From contig JBGSUI010000155.1 of NCBI GenBank assembly GCA_041736175.1, positions 1-25,174 on the forward strand: DNA of 25,174 bases, read 5' to 3'. This DNA is from Oligoflexales bacterium (lineage in GTDB: Bacteria; Bdellovibrionota_B; Oligoflexia; Oligoflexales; CAIYRB01). Shown here piece by piece: positions 1 through 8,294 of the stretch (within the stretch, counting starts at the first letter, position 1; the number at the start of each line of letters is the position of its first letter). The notes beneath the pieces are model-generated. The model saw only the letters and a program-made list of their open reading frames with translations, was not told the origin of the DNA and did not search any database. Made by a program: the position numbers and the translations under genes.

Positions 1-14
1 CAACCATTTGGCAT
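1..14 (-). CDS. Probable start of a gene running off the left edge (MPNG...)
   Basis: Minus strand reads GGAGG-ATTGCT-ATG CCA AAT GGT, with the SD at 21-25 and ATG at 14-12. The upstream region is AT-rich with TATAAT at 87-82. Only 4 codons are visible. Confidence 0.35.
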
Positions 15-123
15 AGCAATCCTCCGATACAGGCAACACTTTAAATAAGTCCGGCTAACTTCGGGAGTATTCTATGCGAAGATTATATTTATATTCCTAT
101 AATTACAAGGAATATGCTTGTAA

Positions 124-1299
124 AAAATCTACTGCACCCAATTCAAACTGGTCCGCCCCCACACTTATTTCAAAGTCTTTCTCGCAAAGACCGCTAAAAA
201 AGAAGAGGGCAAACCTGTCGAAGCGACCGATGTCAGCGAGACCATCACCGTCGGGACCCGTAAGTGCGAAGACGCCCTGCCTAAAAAACCTTTTATTGCA
301 ACCCTTACCTGGGACCAAGACCAGGCTGACGTCGACCTCCATGTGACCCTGCTTGACACCAAAAAAGCCAAAGCAGATGCACAAATCGAGACGGTCAATT
401 TTATCAATCCTACCGGAGCGAATCTCCAGCTCGACGTGGACAACGTCTATGGCTACGGTCCCGAAAATGTGTCGATCAAAGATCCAGATACCTACAACGG
501 AACAGACCGCTGTTACGCCGTGACGGTTCACTACTACGCAGGCTCTAAACCCGAAGTCAATGCCCGAGTGGACGTCCAGTATGTGGCAACGGTCAACGGA
601 CGCAAAGAGCTGCAGACCTTTTCGGCAACCCAAAAGCTCACCACCCCTGCAAAAGATTATAAAGAAGTTATGATTGTTCCTCCAGACTGCGTCTTAGACC
701 CTCCTAAACAAGCTGATACCACTCCTCCTGCACCTACGGCCCTGACCTGCGACTCCATCGATGATGCTGCTTTTAAAGCCCTTAAGGCCGACGAAGCCCG
801 GTTTTACGGAACGGGAACCATCGGCGACGCCCCCGTGACCTTTACCACCTCCTTTGCTAAGGCCGAGAAAACAGCCTCCCAAGACTACTCTCCGGGAACC
901 GATGACGGTAAATTCAGTGCGACCTTTAGCGTGCGCGACTCGACTAATAAGTTTGGATTTAACACCTGGCTTTACAGGGTGCCTGAGGTGACAACGACTT
1001 CTAAGACCCTTACGATCGGGACAGACAAAAGCGCTGTCGAAACCCAAAATATGACCTTTAACCTCACCGACAACTCGGTCATCGCGAAGAGCCCCAATGC
1101 TTATGGATCCTCTAAGAAGGCTTGTGGTTTTAGCAGTGGAACGTCGATCGTCACCAAGTTAGAAAAACATCCCAATAAAAAGAGGGCCGTGCGGGCAGAA
1201 GGGTGCTTTGATTTTGCCTGGGAAGACACCGCTGTGGGTGGACCTGATTGTAAGAAGGTCAAGATTAAAGGCCGATATAAGCTGAAAATGCCAGACTAG
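124..1299 (+). CDS. YfaP/DUF2135-domain protein, apparently 5'-truncated or frameshifted
   Basis: The frame of ORF 343..1299 is open back to TAA at 121-123. It contains the YfaP-type motifs LTWDQDQADVDLHV (upstream of the GTG at 343), LDVDNVYGYGPE and VHYY. There is no in-frame ATG/GTG/TTG between 124 and 342. Confidence 0.65.
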   Translation, partial: KIYCTQFKLVRPHTYFKVFLAKTAKKEEGKPVEATDVSETITVGTRKCEDALPKKPFIATLTWDQDQADVDLHVTLLDTKKAKADAQIETVNFINPTGANLQLDVDNVYGYGPENVSIKDPDTYNGTDRCYAVTVHYYAGSKPEVNARVDVQYVATVNGRKELQTFSATQKLTTPAKDYKEVMIVPPDCVLDPPKQADTTPPAPTALTCDSIDDAAFKALKADEARFYGTGTIGDAPVTFTTSFAKAEKTASQDYSPGTDDGKFSATFSVRDSTNKFGFNTWLYRVPEVTTTSKTLTIGTDKSAVETQNMTFNLTDNSVIAKSPNAYGSSKKACGFSSGTSIVTKLEKHPNKKRAVRAEGCFDFAWEDTAVGGPDCKKVKIKGRYKLKMPD

Positions 1300-1320
1300 G
1301 ATCCTAGACTCAAAGTCCTC

Positions 1321-1362
1321 ATAAAAAAGCACCACCTCTACTAAGGTGGTGTCTTTTATTTT
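1321..1362. terminator. Bidirectional rho-independent terminator
   Basis: Stem CACCACCT/AGGTGGTG with an A-run on the left and a T-run on the right, between convergent genes ending at 1299 and 1385. Confidence 0.85.
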
Positions 1363-1384
1363 AGGGTACTTGTTTAGAGCGGTC

Positions 1385-2221
1385 TTATTCGGCTATTAAG
1401 TAGACTTCTATCGCCGCCTTGGCTGCTTCGGGGTTGATCACAGCGGGAACTCTGAGCACTGAGTTCACGATGGTTTCCCCATCTGGTCCCGTGTCCGTTT
1501 CAGTCTTGCAGAGGTCGTTTCTAGTATTTTTAATCTCAGTCACCACGACGGCTCCTCGAGATCCGATTTTGACCGCTTTACCTGCGGCTCCTAGGGCACC
1601 CATGGCTTCGGCTCCCTTTGCTTCGGGAAAGATTAAAAGACCTGCATGGCCAATCACAGCGCCTTTACCCTCGGTGCCGCTGTTCCAACACTCGACGACG
1701 TCATCCCTTAAGGCTAGGGCCTGGTCTTTGTAGGAGGACAAGGTTCCAGATGGGTCTTGTGCAAACTGTTTACCGATTTCGAAGATTCCGTGGGCAGCAT
1801 CCTCAGGATTACTGACCACAGAATGGACACCTTCAACGGCTTCAGCGATATCTTTGGTAAGAGCCTTGCCGACTCCTGTCCCCAGGTCGCCTGCAACGCT
1901 AAGCCTTTGGAGGCATGTCGTCTTATCGGCGAGGGGGAGGCGATCACAGAGGGCTTTGGCCAGGCTGTCCCGGGCGGACTTGTTGTTGCCAAGATTGGTG
2001 AGACCTTCCACGAAGGATGCCTTGGCGTGTTCGTGTCCCTTTTTAACCAGCTGGCGAGTCATAGAGGCAAAAAAACCGCCTCCTCCACCGGCACTCTGGG
2101 CGTCGAGGGCTTCTGAGGCCCCGTCTGTTGGGGATAGGGATGGTGATTTACAGGAGCTAAGGAGGAGCAGGCTAGCAAACCCCGCACTGCCCAGGAAGGT
2201 TGAGGCTTTCGTTTTGATCAT
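1385..2221 (-). CDS. Hypothetical lipoprotein (Ala/Gly-rich, helical)
   Basis: AAAGGA SD upstream of ATG at 2221 (MIKTKAST...). Hydrophobic signal peptide ending in lipobox LLSS-C. Confidence 0.75.
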   Translation of the reverse strand: MIKTKASTFLGSAGFASLLLLSSCKSPSLSPTDGASEALDAQSAGGGGGFFASMTRQLVKKGHEHAKASFVEGLTNLGNNKSARDSLAKALCDRLPLADKTTCLQRLSVAGDLGTGVGKALTKDIAEAVEGVHSVVSNPEDAAHGIFEIGKQFAQDPSGTLSSYKDQALALRDDVVECWNSGTEGKGAVIGHAGLLIFPEAKGAEAMGALGAAGKAVKIGSRGAVVVTEIKNTRNDLCKTETDTGPDGETIVNSVLRVPAVINPEAAKAAIEVYLIAE

Positions 2222-2287
2222 GGGATAGTCCTTTCGCAATTGGGATGCCTAAGATGTTAGTTGGTGTTAAGACACACTGGAACCTAG

Positions 2288-2304
2288 AGCAAGATCCGGG
2301 CCAA
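2288..2304 (-). promoter_or_regulatory. Sigma54 (RpoN) -24/-12 promoter for the lipoprotein gene
   Basis: Minus strand TTGGCCCGGATCTTGCT matches TGGC-N7-TTGCW with exact spacing, about 67 nt upstream of ATG 2221. Confidence 0.7.
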
Positions 2305-2532
2305 AAGGTGCGTTTTCTGATCCCTAGTCAGATTAGGTCGTTAGCCAGCATGAGTGTTTTGGAGGGTGTTTAAAATCCAGTAGACCTTTGTAACGAAGTG
2401 CTCAAAAGTCATACAAATCCAGTGTGGACTAGTTTTTGCTCAGGAGAACGTGGTTCCTTTCGAGCTGTTGGAGTAGGTTCACACAGTCAGGTATGATGGA
2501 AGGGATTTAATGATTCGGTAGACGAGGTTTAT

Positions 2533-2805
2533 ATGGTGTCGGATCCTAAAGGCGAAAAGCACAATGTGGTTGAATTGGCTAAAGTCCGTAAGCAGATGCA
2601 AACTCTTAGGGCCAAAGAGGCCAAAGACAAAGAACCTCTCAAAGACTTTAAGAACAAGGCACGCACCCCCGCGGGCTCCCGAAATCCGGCACCAAAGGCT
2701 ACGAAACGGGGTGTCTGGGACTATATACAGTTGATTCTTTTCTTGGCAATGGGAGCTTATATGCTCCAACTTTGCAGCGGCGGTGGCGGTCTTCCTGGGC
2801 TCTAG
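2533..2805 (+). CDS. Small hypothetical protein with C-terminal transmembrane helix
   Basis: GAGGT SD before ATG. Basic N-terminus, then a hydrophobic segment VWDYIQLILFLAMGAYMLQLC. Confidence 0.7.
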   Translation: MVSDPKGEKHNVVELAKVRKQMQTLRAKEAKDKEPLKDFKNKARTPAGSRNPAPKATKRGVWDYIQLILFLAMGAYMLQLCSGGGGLPGL

Positions 2806-2809
2806 AAGT

Positions 2810-3172
2810 CTAGACCTTTTGGGGATTCTGGAGTTGGTCCAGCAGCAAATGGACTGCTGGCGAGTCTTTTTTGAGATTATTGCAGGGCTTGCAGCAGGGG
2901 ACGACGTTTCCTGGAGTTGACCGGCCCCCTTGGGATATGGGGATGATGTGGTCCATGGTGGCCTCTTTAGGACTTAGGGAAATCTGGCAGTAATAGCAGG
3001 TAGCTCCGTTGGCGATACGGTTGTGCCACCAGCGGCTTTTGCGCAGGGCCCGGGCTTTTTCCCTCTCTTGACTGGTATGCTGGTCCAACGGGAGTTCCTT
3101 ACAACGAGGCCCATCCCCCAAAGCAAGGACGGGTAAGGACGGTGTCCTGACAACTGTCAAAACCTTTACCAC
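2810..3172 (-). CDS. HNH endonuclease family protein
   Basis: CYYC...TMDHIIPISQGG...NVVPCCKPCNNLK is the classic zinc-binding HNH motif. It starts 2 nt after the permease stop; exact start uncertain. Confidence 0.9.
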   Translation of the reverse strand: MVKVLTVVRTPSLPVLALGDGPRCKELPLDQHTSQEREKARALRKSRWWHNRIANGATCYYCQISLSPKEATMDHIIPISQGGRSTPGNVVPCCKPCNNLKKDSPAVHLLLDQLQNPQKV

Positions 3173-3174
3173 AC

Positions 3175-3966
3175 TCAGGATGCAGCGACAAGATCCCGTT
3201 TACGGATGACGAGGCAGGCAACGGTGAGGAAAAGCAACACCAGCAGCACCCCATAGGCCAATCGGAGTCCTAAGTCGTTTATGTTTAGAGGAGCTGTCCC
3301 CACTACGGAATCGATAAGACTAAACTGACCGAGGTTCCACAGCCGTGCGATGACTTGGACGACGATCTTGGTTGTTTCGGGGGTTTCTGCCGAGAGGGTT
3401 TGGCTGATACTTGCAGACGCCAGACCACAGACCCACAGACACAGGGTACAAAAAAGAGCCGTCGTTTGACCCGCCGCCGTCGCAAAGGCCATGCCCAGGG
3501 CTCCGCAAACGATCCAGCCCAGATACATAAACAAAAAAAGCAGGAGCTGTTTGGCTGTCATCCAGCCAAAGTCATTGAGCAGCATCAACCCTTGCCACAG
3601 CACCAGAAACCCGCAGAGGACCAGAAAGAGGCAGAGCTTAAGGCCGGTAAATTTGCCTAAAATCCAGGTGGTGCGGTGGATCGGCGCCGCCAGGTGAACT
3701 TCCATGGACCCTTCTTGGCGGGAGTCAGAGAGGATTTTAGTCCCCCAAAAGATGGCCATCAGGGTACCGGTCACGGAAAATCCAAAATAGCCGATATCAA
3801 AAAGAATCTTTTGAAAATCCTCGACGCTCCAGTCGCTTGCGAGGTTGGCAAAAGCTGAGATCAAAAGGCTGCCTAACAGAGCCGGCACCATGACTTTGTC
3901 GCGGCGCAGCAAGATAAGAGTCTCACGGGCAAGGGTCCAGAGTTTTTCCAAATCATTGATGAACAT
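3175..3966 (-). CDS. ABC-2 type transporter permease (PilI-like)
   Basis: About six hydrophobic helices, LAAPIHRTTWILGKFTG motif, C-terminal RKRDL. Start taken at MFINDL (ATG 3966), overlapping the 3' end of the ATPase gene. Confidence 0.85.
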   Translation of the reverse strand: MFINDLEKLWTLARETLILLRRDKVMVPALLGSLLISAFANLASDWSVEDFQKILFDIGYFGFSVTGTLMAIFWGTKILSDSRQEGSMEVHLAAPIHRTTWILGKFTGLKLCLFLVLCGFLVLWQGLMLLNDFGWMTAKQLLLFLFMYLGWIVCGALGMAFATAAGQTTALFCTLCLWVCGLASASISQTLSAETPETTKIVVQVIARLWNLGQFSLIDSVVGTAPLNINDLGLRLAYGVLLVLLFLTVACLVIRKRDLVAAS

Positions 3967-5077
3967 CCTGGGGGCTCCTTGAGAGGTCTTTTTCGAAATA
4001 CAGATAGATTTCATCTGGTCTAAAGCCTATGGAACGGCGAAAATGGGTGACCATGAAGCCATTTTCAACCAAGCTTTTTAGCCAACGCTGGCCGGCGGCT
4101 TCGTCGACAAACTCCAGGTCTACTTGTTGTTGGTCGCCGGGGGGCCGGAGGTTGGCTGTGACTTGGATGTGATCCCAAGGGGGGAGATTTTGCAGAGCTT
4201 TGAGGGTTTCAAGGTCTTTGGGCGTTGTTTTTGAGACAGCCATCGCCGTCCGTGGACTCAAGGCCACGGGACGGGGGCCTCCTTCCTGGAGGGAGGAGTC
4301 GCCATGGTTGGCCAGGGAGGTAAGGATGAGCTGACCCTTTTTTAAGATATTGACCTCGTCGCAGAGGTTGACCAGATGGGATAGTTCGTGGGTGCAGAGG
4401 AGGATTGTGGTGCCCCTGATTTTTTCTTTTTGAATCAGGGTTTCGAGGAGGTGGGCAGCTGCGGGGTCCAGTCCTGACGTAGGCTCATCGAGGATCAGAA
4501 GCCGGGGTTGGTGGATGGTTGCCTGGGCGAATGCCATACGTCGCGCCAGTCCTTTAGAGAGTTGGCTTATTTTTTTGTGGCGCTGCGTGACAAGCCCTAA
4601 CTCTTCGAGCTTTGAGTGGATCAGTTGGTCAACGCTGTTGGTGGGCCAGGGTTGTCGGGTTTGGTGGGGATTTTTGTGAAGGAGTAAGGCAAACCTTAAA
4701 ACCTCTTCGCAGGTGAGGGATAGGGGTAGCTTGTTGACCTCTGGCATATAACCAATAAACTGTTTATGCTCGGTCTGGAGGCGATCCCCTTCAAAAAGGA
4801 TACGCCCCTCGTCTGGACTGATCAGCCCCAGAAGCATACGAATGGTCGTGGTCTTGCCGGCACCATTATGGCCCAGCAGTGCCGTACAGGCATGGGCAGG
4901 GAAGATCATGGAAAGTTGGTTGACGGCGATCATGGGTTTCTTAAAGAGGTCGTTTCGATAGACTTTGGTCACCTTTTCGAGGGAGATCGCGGGCAACGGT
5001 GGAGTTGCAGTCATGGGTGAGGGGTGAGGGGTGGGAATCCCTTGCCTGAATTCACGGGTTTTTTGGGGTTGATTCAT
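3953..5077 (-). CDS. ABC transporter ATP-binding protein (PilH-like)
   Basis: Walker A GHNGAGKTT, signature LSKG, Walker B LLILDEP, H-loop CTH. An alternative start at ATG 5014 is possible. Confidence 0.92.
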   Translation of the reverse strand: MNQPQKTREFRQGIPTPHPSPMTATPPLPAISLEKVTKVYRNDLFKKPMIAVNQLSMIFPAHACTALLGHNGAGKTTTIRMLLGLISPDEGRILFEGDRLQTEHKQFIGYMPEVNKLPLSLTCEEVLRFALLLHKNPHQTRQPWPTNSVDQLIHSKLEELGLVTQRHKKISQLSKGLARRMAFAQATIHQPRLLILDEPTSGLDPAAAHLLETLIQKEKIRGTTILLCTHELSHLVNLCDEVNILKKGQLILTSLANHGDSSLQEGGPRPVALSPRTAMAVSKTTPKDLETLKALQNLPPWDHIQVTANLRPPGDQQQVDLEFVDEAAGQRWLKSLVENGFMVTHFRRSIGFRPDEIYLYFEKDLSRSPQDVHQ

Positions 5078-5765
5078 GTTGTTTTTGTAAGACCTCCTGC
5101 ATCCGCGATGGTTTTGATAGGTCGCCTTCCGGGCTTAAGATAGAGTTGATGGTCTGCTGCAGATCATCCGGGGTGAGGTTTTGTTTTTGTTGGAGCTTTG
5201 CGGCTAAACTTTTAATGTAGGGCGGACTCTCGGGATTTTGGGCGGCAATCCCGTAGTAGACGGCCGCCCGAGGGCTGTCTTCCAGCTTGTACTGGGCCAA
5301 AAAGCCCATGGTCAGAGGAATTCGCCAACTCCCTGGCAGGCCTCTTATGCCATCCTGTAGGATAGACTCCGTGAGATCAGGGCGCCCCCTATCAAGGCCC
5401 AAGACAAAACCAGATAACAGATAGAGCGACTCGATCTTAGGGTGATGTCTGGTGACTCGCTTAATGACTTTTTGCAGCTCCTCCACCGGAGTCTTGGTGA
5501 CCCTCCCATCCATCAAAATCTGTAGGGTCCAGATCGCCATAAAGTCGTCATATAGCCCCCGGTGTCCTAGGGTGAGGATATCGATCAGCCTTGTGTCCAG
5601 ATCAACAAGGGGTGGCAGCCTCAGGAACTGGGACTCCGACTGGGTAGACTGGACGATCTTTCCCGATGACCACCAAAGGGCCACGAGGATGCAGACAAGC
5701 CACACCCATAGAAAGCCACGGAACACCGCAGCATGGTTTGCTCGTTGGGATAGGCTGCTCTTCAT
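5052..5765 (-). CDS. PilG-like membrane-anchored TPR-type protein
   Basis: N-terminal TM helix. LGHRGLYDDF..W and GIRGLPGSWRIP..GF...AAVYY..AA..P.SPPY resemble myxobacterial/Bdellovibrio PilG. It lies directly upstream of the ABC ATPase and permease, in pilGHI order. Confidence 0.6.
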   Translation of the reverse strand: MKSSLSQRANHAAVFRGFLWVWLVCILVALWWSSGKIVQSTQSESQFLRLPPLVDLDTRLIDILTLGHRGLYDDFMAIWTLQILMDGRVTKTPVEELQKVIKRVTRHHPKIESLYLLSGFVLGLDRGRPDLTESILQDGIRGLPGSWRIPLTMGFLAQYKLEDSPRAAVYYGIAAQNPESPPYIKSLAAKLQQKQNLTPDDLQQTINSILSPEGDLSKPSRMQEVLQKQHESTPKNP

Positions 5766-5823
5766 AAATCTATTTTAGGTCAAAACCGACCCAGATCCAA
5801 GTCGAGGCGATGCCAAAATCCGA

Positions 5824-5864
5824 GCGCATCCCTGGTGCATCCCTAGCGCATCCCTAGCGCATCC
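5824..5864. repeat. 11-bp tandem repeat (about 4 copies) overlapping the yggT stop codon
   Basis: GCGCATCCCTG GTGCATCCCTA GCGCATCCCTA GCGCATCC, units starting at 5824, 5835, 5846 and 5857. Confidence 0.8.
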
Positions 5865-6123
5865 ATTGCCTGATCAGGCGGTCCAGAAAAACGATGATCA
5901 AAATAAGGACCATCGGTGCCCAGTCGATGGGGCCTGGGATCTTTTTGGTAAGTGGGCGGAGGGGACGGTAGAGGGGCTCGGTGATATTACGAACCATCGA
6001 GACGATGGGGTTGCTTGGGTCAGCACCCACCCAACTGATCATCACGGAGAGAAAGATGACGATTTGAATCATATTAAAGAGGACTAAAATGACTTGTCCC
6101 AAGGCAACACCAATACTCTCCAT
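5854..6123 (-). CDS. yggT: YggT family membrane protein
   Basis: ISWVGADPSNPIVSMVRNITEPLYRPLR...IDWAPMV signature; adjacent to yggS. Confidence 0.93.
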   Translation of the reverse strand: MESIGVALGQVILVLFNMIQIVIFLSVMISWVGADPSNPIVSMVRNITEPLYRPLRPLTKKIPGPIDWAPMVLILIIVFLDRLIRQWMR

Positions 6124-6172
6124 AGACCTAGCTCCTTCTACGATTCTTTAAGAGATCCTAGAAAGTTTTGTA

Positions 6173-6877
6173 TCACTCCTGGCTTGGTTTGGGAAGGCGA
6201 GGTCCGAAGAGAGCCGTGCCGATGCGGATACAGTTGGTGCCAGCACTGATCGCCTGCTCAAGGTCATCCGTCATCCCCAGGGATAGCTGGCCCTGGCCCA
6301 CCTGGTCGGCCATCTGGCGTAACTCACGGTACCGTGGGGGAGGTTCGGGAGCGGCTTTTTCCCAGGGGGACAGGGGAGGTGGGATGGCCATGACTCCCCG
6401 GAGCTTGAGGTTTGGGAAACGGCTTTGGATGGTTTGGGCAGCTTCGGCTATAAAAGGTGGGGAAAATCCACCTTTGCTGGGCTCGTCGGCAATATTGACA
6501 AGCAACGAAACGGGGTAGGGAGCTAACCCCAGTTTATCGACAGCCCGGCTTACCAGGGACGCGTGATCGAGGGAGGCGAGGGACTGGATCTCCGCAGCAT
6601 GCTGGACGATCAAGGGGATTTTATTAGATTGTAGGCGGCCTATAAAACTAAATCGGGGGGAGCTTGAAATCAGGGTGTCTTTTTTGGCTTTGAGTTCCTG
6701 GGCATAGTTTTCGCCAAATTCAAGGAGACCTAAAGCCATCGCCTCCTGAAGGGCGGATACACTCTGGCCTTTACTGACGGCGAGGAGACGGACGGAGCTG
6801 GGGTCGCGACCAGCCAGGTGACAGGCTTGTGAGATCCGTTGGGTGAGCATTGCAAGATTGTGAGCCAAAAATTCCAT
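6173..6877 (-). CDS. yggS: YggS family pyridoxal phosphate homeostasis protein
   Basis: LLAVSK (PLP lysine), FGENYAQE, FIGRLQSNK, LSLGMTDD, IRIGTALFG. Confidence 0.95.
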   Translation of the reverse strand: MEFLAHNLAMLTQRISQACHLAGRDPSSVRLLAVSKGQSVSALQEAMALGLLEFGENYAQELKAKKDTLISSSPRFSFIGRLQSNKIPLIVQHAAEIQSLASLDHASLVSRAVDKLGLAPYPVSLLVNIADEPSKGGFSPPFIAEAAQTIQSRFPNLKLRGVMAIPPPLSPWEKAAPEPPPRYRELRQMADQVGQGQLSLGMTDDLEQAISAGTNCIRIGTALFGPRLPKPSQE

Positions 6878-6915
6878 AACGGCGAATCTAAGGGGGACCG
6901 GGTGGCCTGTCTAGA

Positions 6916-7530
6916 TTATTCTTTCGGTGACGCCGCAGCCGACGCCGGAGCGGGTGCCGGAGTAGAAGCCGGAGTAGAAGCCGGAGCCGCTGGTTTCGGC
7001 GGAGCTTCGTCCCCTGATTCTGAGTCGGCACTGGGGGCTTCAAGGTCTTCCTCTTTGGTTTTGGAGGGAGTCGCCATGGCTCCCTTGTTTGTTTGGGAGG
7101 CCGCGGGGGGAGAGAGCGGTTCTCCTGGTTTGGGGGTTAGCGGAGGAGAGCTAGCTCCCAGATTCTGGGCTGTCACGGGGGTGAGGGCTTGGGACGACGC
7201 AGGAGCAAGGTGGCTCGGGGCGTTGACCCCTTGGGTGTACTGGCTGAGTGGGACATAGGAGTCTTCTTCGTGGACTTGGTAATGGGGCGCTACGATATAG
7301 ATATCGCCATTTTCGCTGATCTGCACATCGACTTTCTTAAGCTGCTGCCCCCGTGCCGTGGAGATGTCGACTCCGTTAAGATAGACCATCCGTAGGCCGG
7401 GAGGGCCTGCTCCATAGAGAACTGGGATCGATCCTAAAAGGATGAGGCCTACGGAGGCGAGCCCAAGGGTGACTAAGATTTTTTTGAGGTTATTCGAAAA
7501 TAACCAGGAACATTTTGTGATTAAGACCAT
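6916..7530 (-). CDS. Hypothetical exported or membrane-anchored protein with disordered Pro/Ala/Ser-rich tail
   Basis: AAGGA-like SD region not clear. N-terminal hydrophobic helix, a small beta-rich domain (VYLNGVDIS...VQISENGDIYIVAPHY), and a low-complexity C-terminus including a 12-bp tandem repeat at 6956-6985 (PAST units). Confidence 0.75.
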   Translation of the reverse strand: MVLITKCSWLFSNNLKKILVTLGLASVGLILLGSIPVLYGAGPPGLRMVYLNGVDISTARGQQLKKVDVQISENGDIYIVAPHYQVHEEDSYVPLSQYTQGVNAPSHLAPASSQALTPVTAQNLGASSPPLTPKPGEPLSPPAASQTNKGAMATPSKTKEEDLEAPSADSESGDEAPPKPAAPASTPASTPAPAPASAAASPKE

Positions 7531-7669
7531 AAAGGATCTTTCCCTAGAAGGTACTCGAGGAAAACTGGATTTTGGAGGGAGGTCCCTTTATCTTACCATA
7601 GGTCTGGGATTTTGAGAGGTGTCTATGATATGGTTCCTAGGAACCAGTAGCTACTGGAGGATTTTTTTC

Positions 7670-8290
7670 ATGAAAGGCATCATAAAACCTATGTTTAAAA
7701 AGATCTTAGGCATCCTCGCCATCTCCTACACCGTAGCTTGTACCCCCGGCTTCGAAGGAGAGTACTCAGACCCTTCCAAAGCGGAGATCGTCGACGATAA
7801 ATGGAACGAAACCGACGCCCGTAAAACCGCCGAGCATATGATCAAGGGACTCTTAGATAAGCCCTGGCTCAATCAGTACAAGGTGAGCCATGGTGGCCAA
7901 AGACCCATCTTAATCGTGGATGACGTCGAAAATCGCACCGACGAGCATCTGGACGTCAAACAGCTCACCGACTTTATCCAAGACGTCTTGATCAACTCTG
8001 CCAAAGTGAGGTTTGTCAATAAAGCCCAGAGGCAAAAACTCCTCGAAGAGATCAAATATCAGCAAAGCGGTCAAGTGTCAGGGGCGACCGCCAAAAAAGC
8101 GGGGAGACAGCTAGGTGCCGACTATATCTTAAGCGGCAACGTGACGAGCAGCGTCCACCAAATGGATGAGATCAAGACGGTCACCTACCAGACAGCTCTG
8201 ACTCTGACCAATATCGAAACCTTTGAGTACGAGTGGAGTACCAAGTACGAGATTAAAAAACGATTTCGACGCTCTGGTTTAGGATGGTGA
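7670..8290 (+). CDS. lpoB: Penicillin-binding protein activator LpoB family lipoprotein
   Basis: GGAGG SD at 7656-7660, lipobox TVA-C, motifs VENRTDEHLD, GRQLGADYILSG and terminal W...IKK. Precedes a COG3014 gene, as is typical for this family. Confidence 0.85.
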   Translation: MKGIIKPMFKKILGILAISYTVACTPGFEGEYSDPSKAEIVDDKWNETDARKTAEHMIKGLLDKPWLNQYKVSHGGQRPILIVDDVENRTDEHLDVKQLTDFIQDVLINSAKVRFVNKAQRQKLLEEIKYQQSGQVSGATAKKAGRQLGADYILSGNVTSSVHQMDEIKTVTYQTALTLTNIETFEYEWSTKYEIKKRFRRSGLGW

Positions 8291-8294
8291 TCCG

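Noticed and set aside
74..346. 90-aa ORF MRRLYLY...
   Set aside because: Alternative frame of the YfaP-like coding region; no recognisable motifs.
2372..2426. Recurring AAATCCA(G) motif in intergenic regions (also reversed near 7565)
   Set aside because: The same short word occurs repeatedly inside coding regions, so enrichment cannot be claimed.
2810..3172. HNH gene as a defence system or homing endonuclease
   Set aside because: Small stand-alone HNH at the end of a housekeeping-like operon, with no methylase, intron or partner defence gene.
6839..7258. 139-aa Ala/Gly-rich plus-strand ORF and the other short antisense ORFs in the track
   Set aside because: Shadows of well-supported genes on the opposite strand or in other frames.
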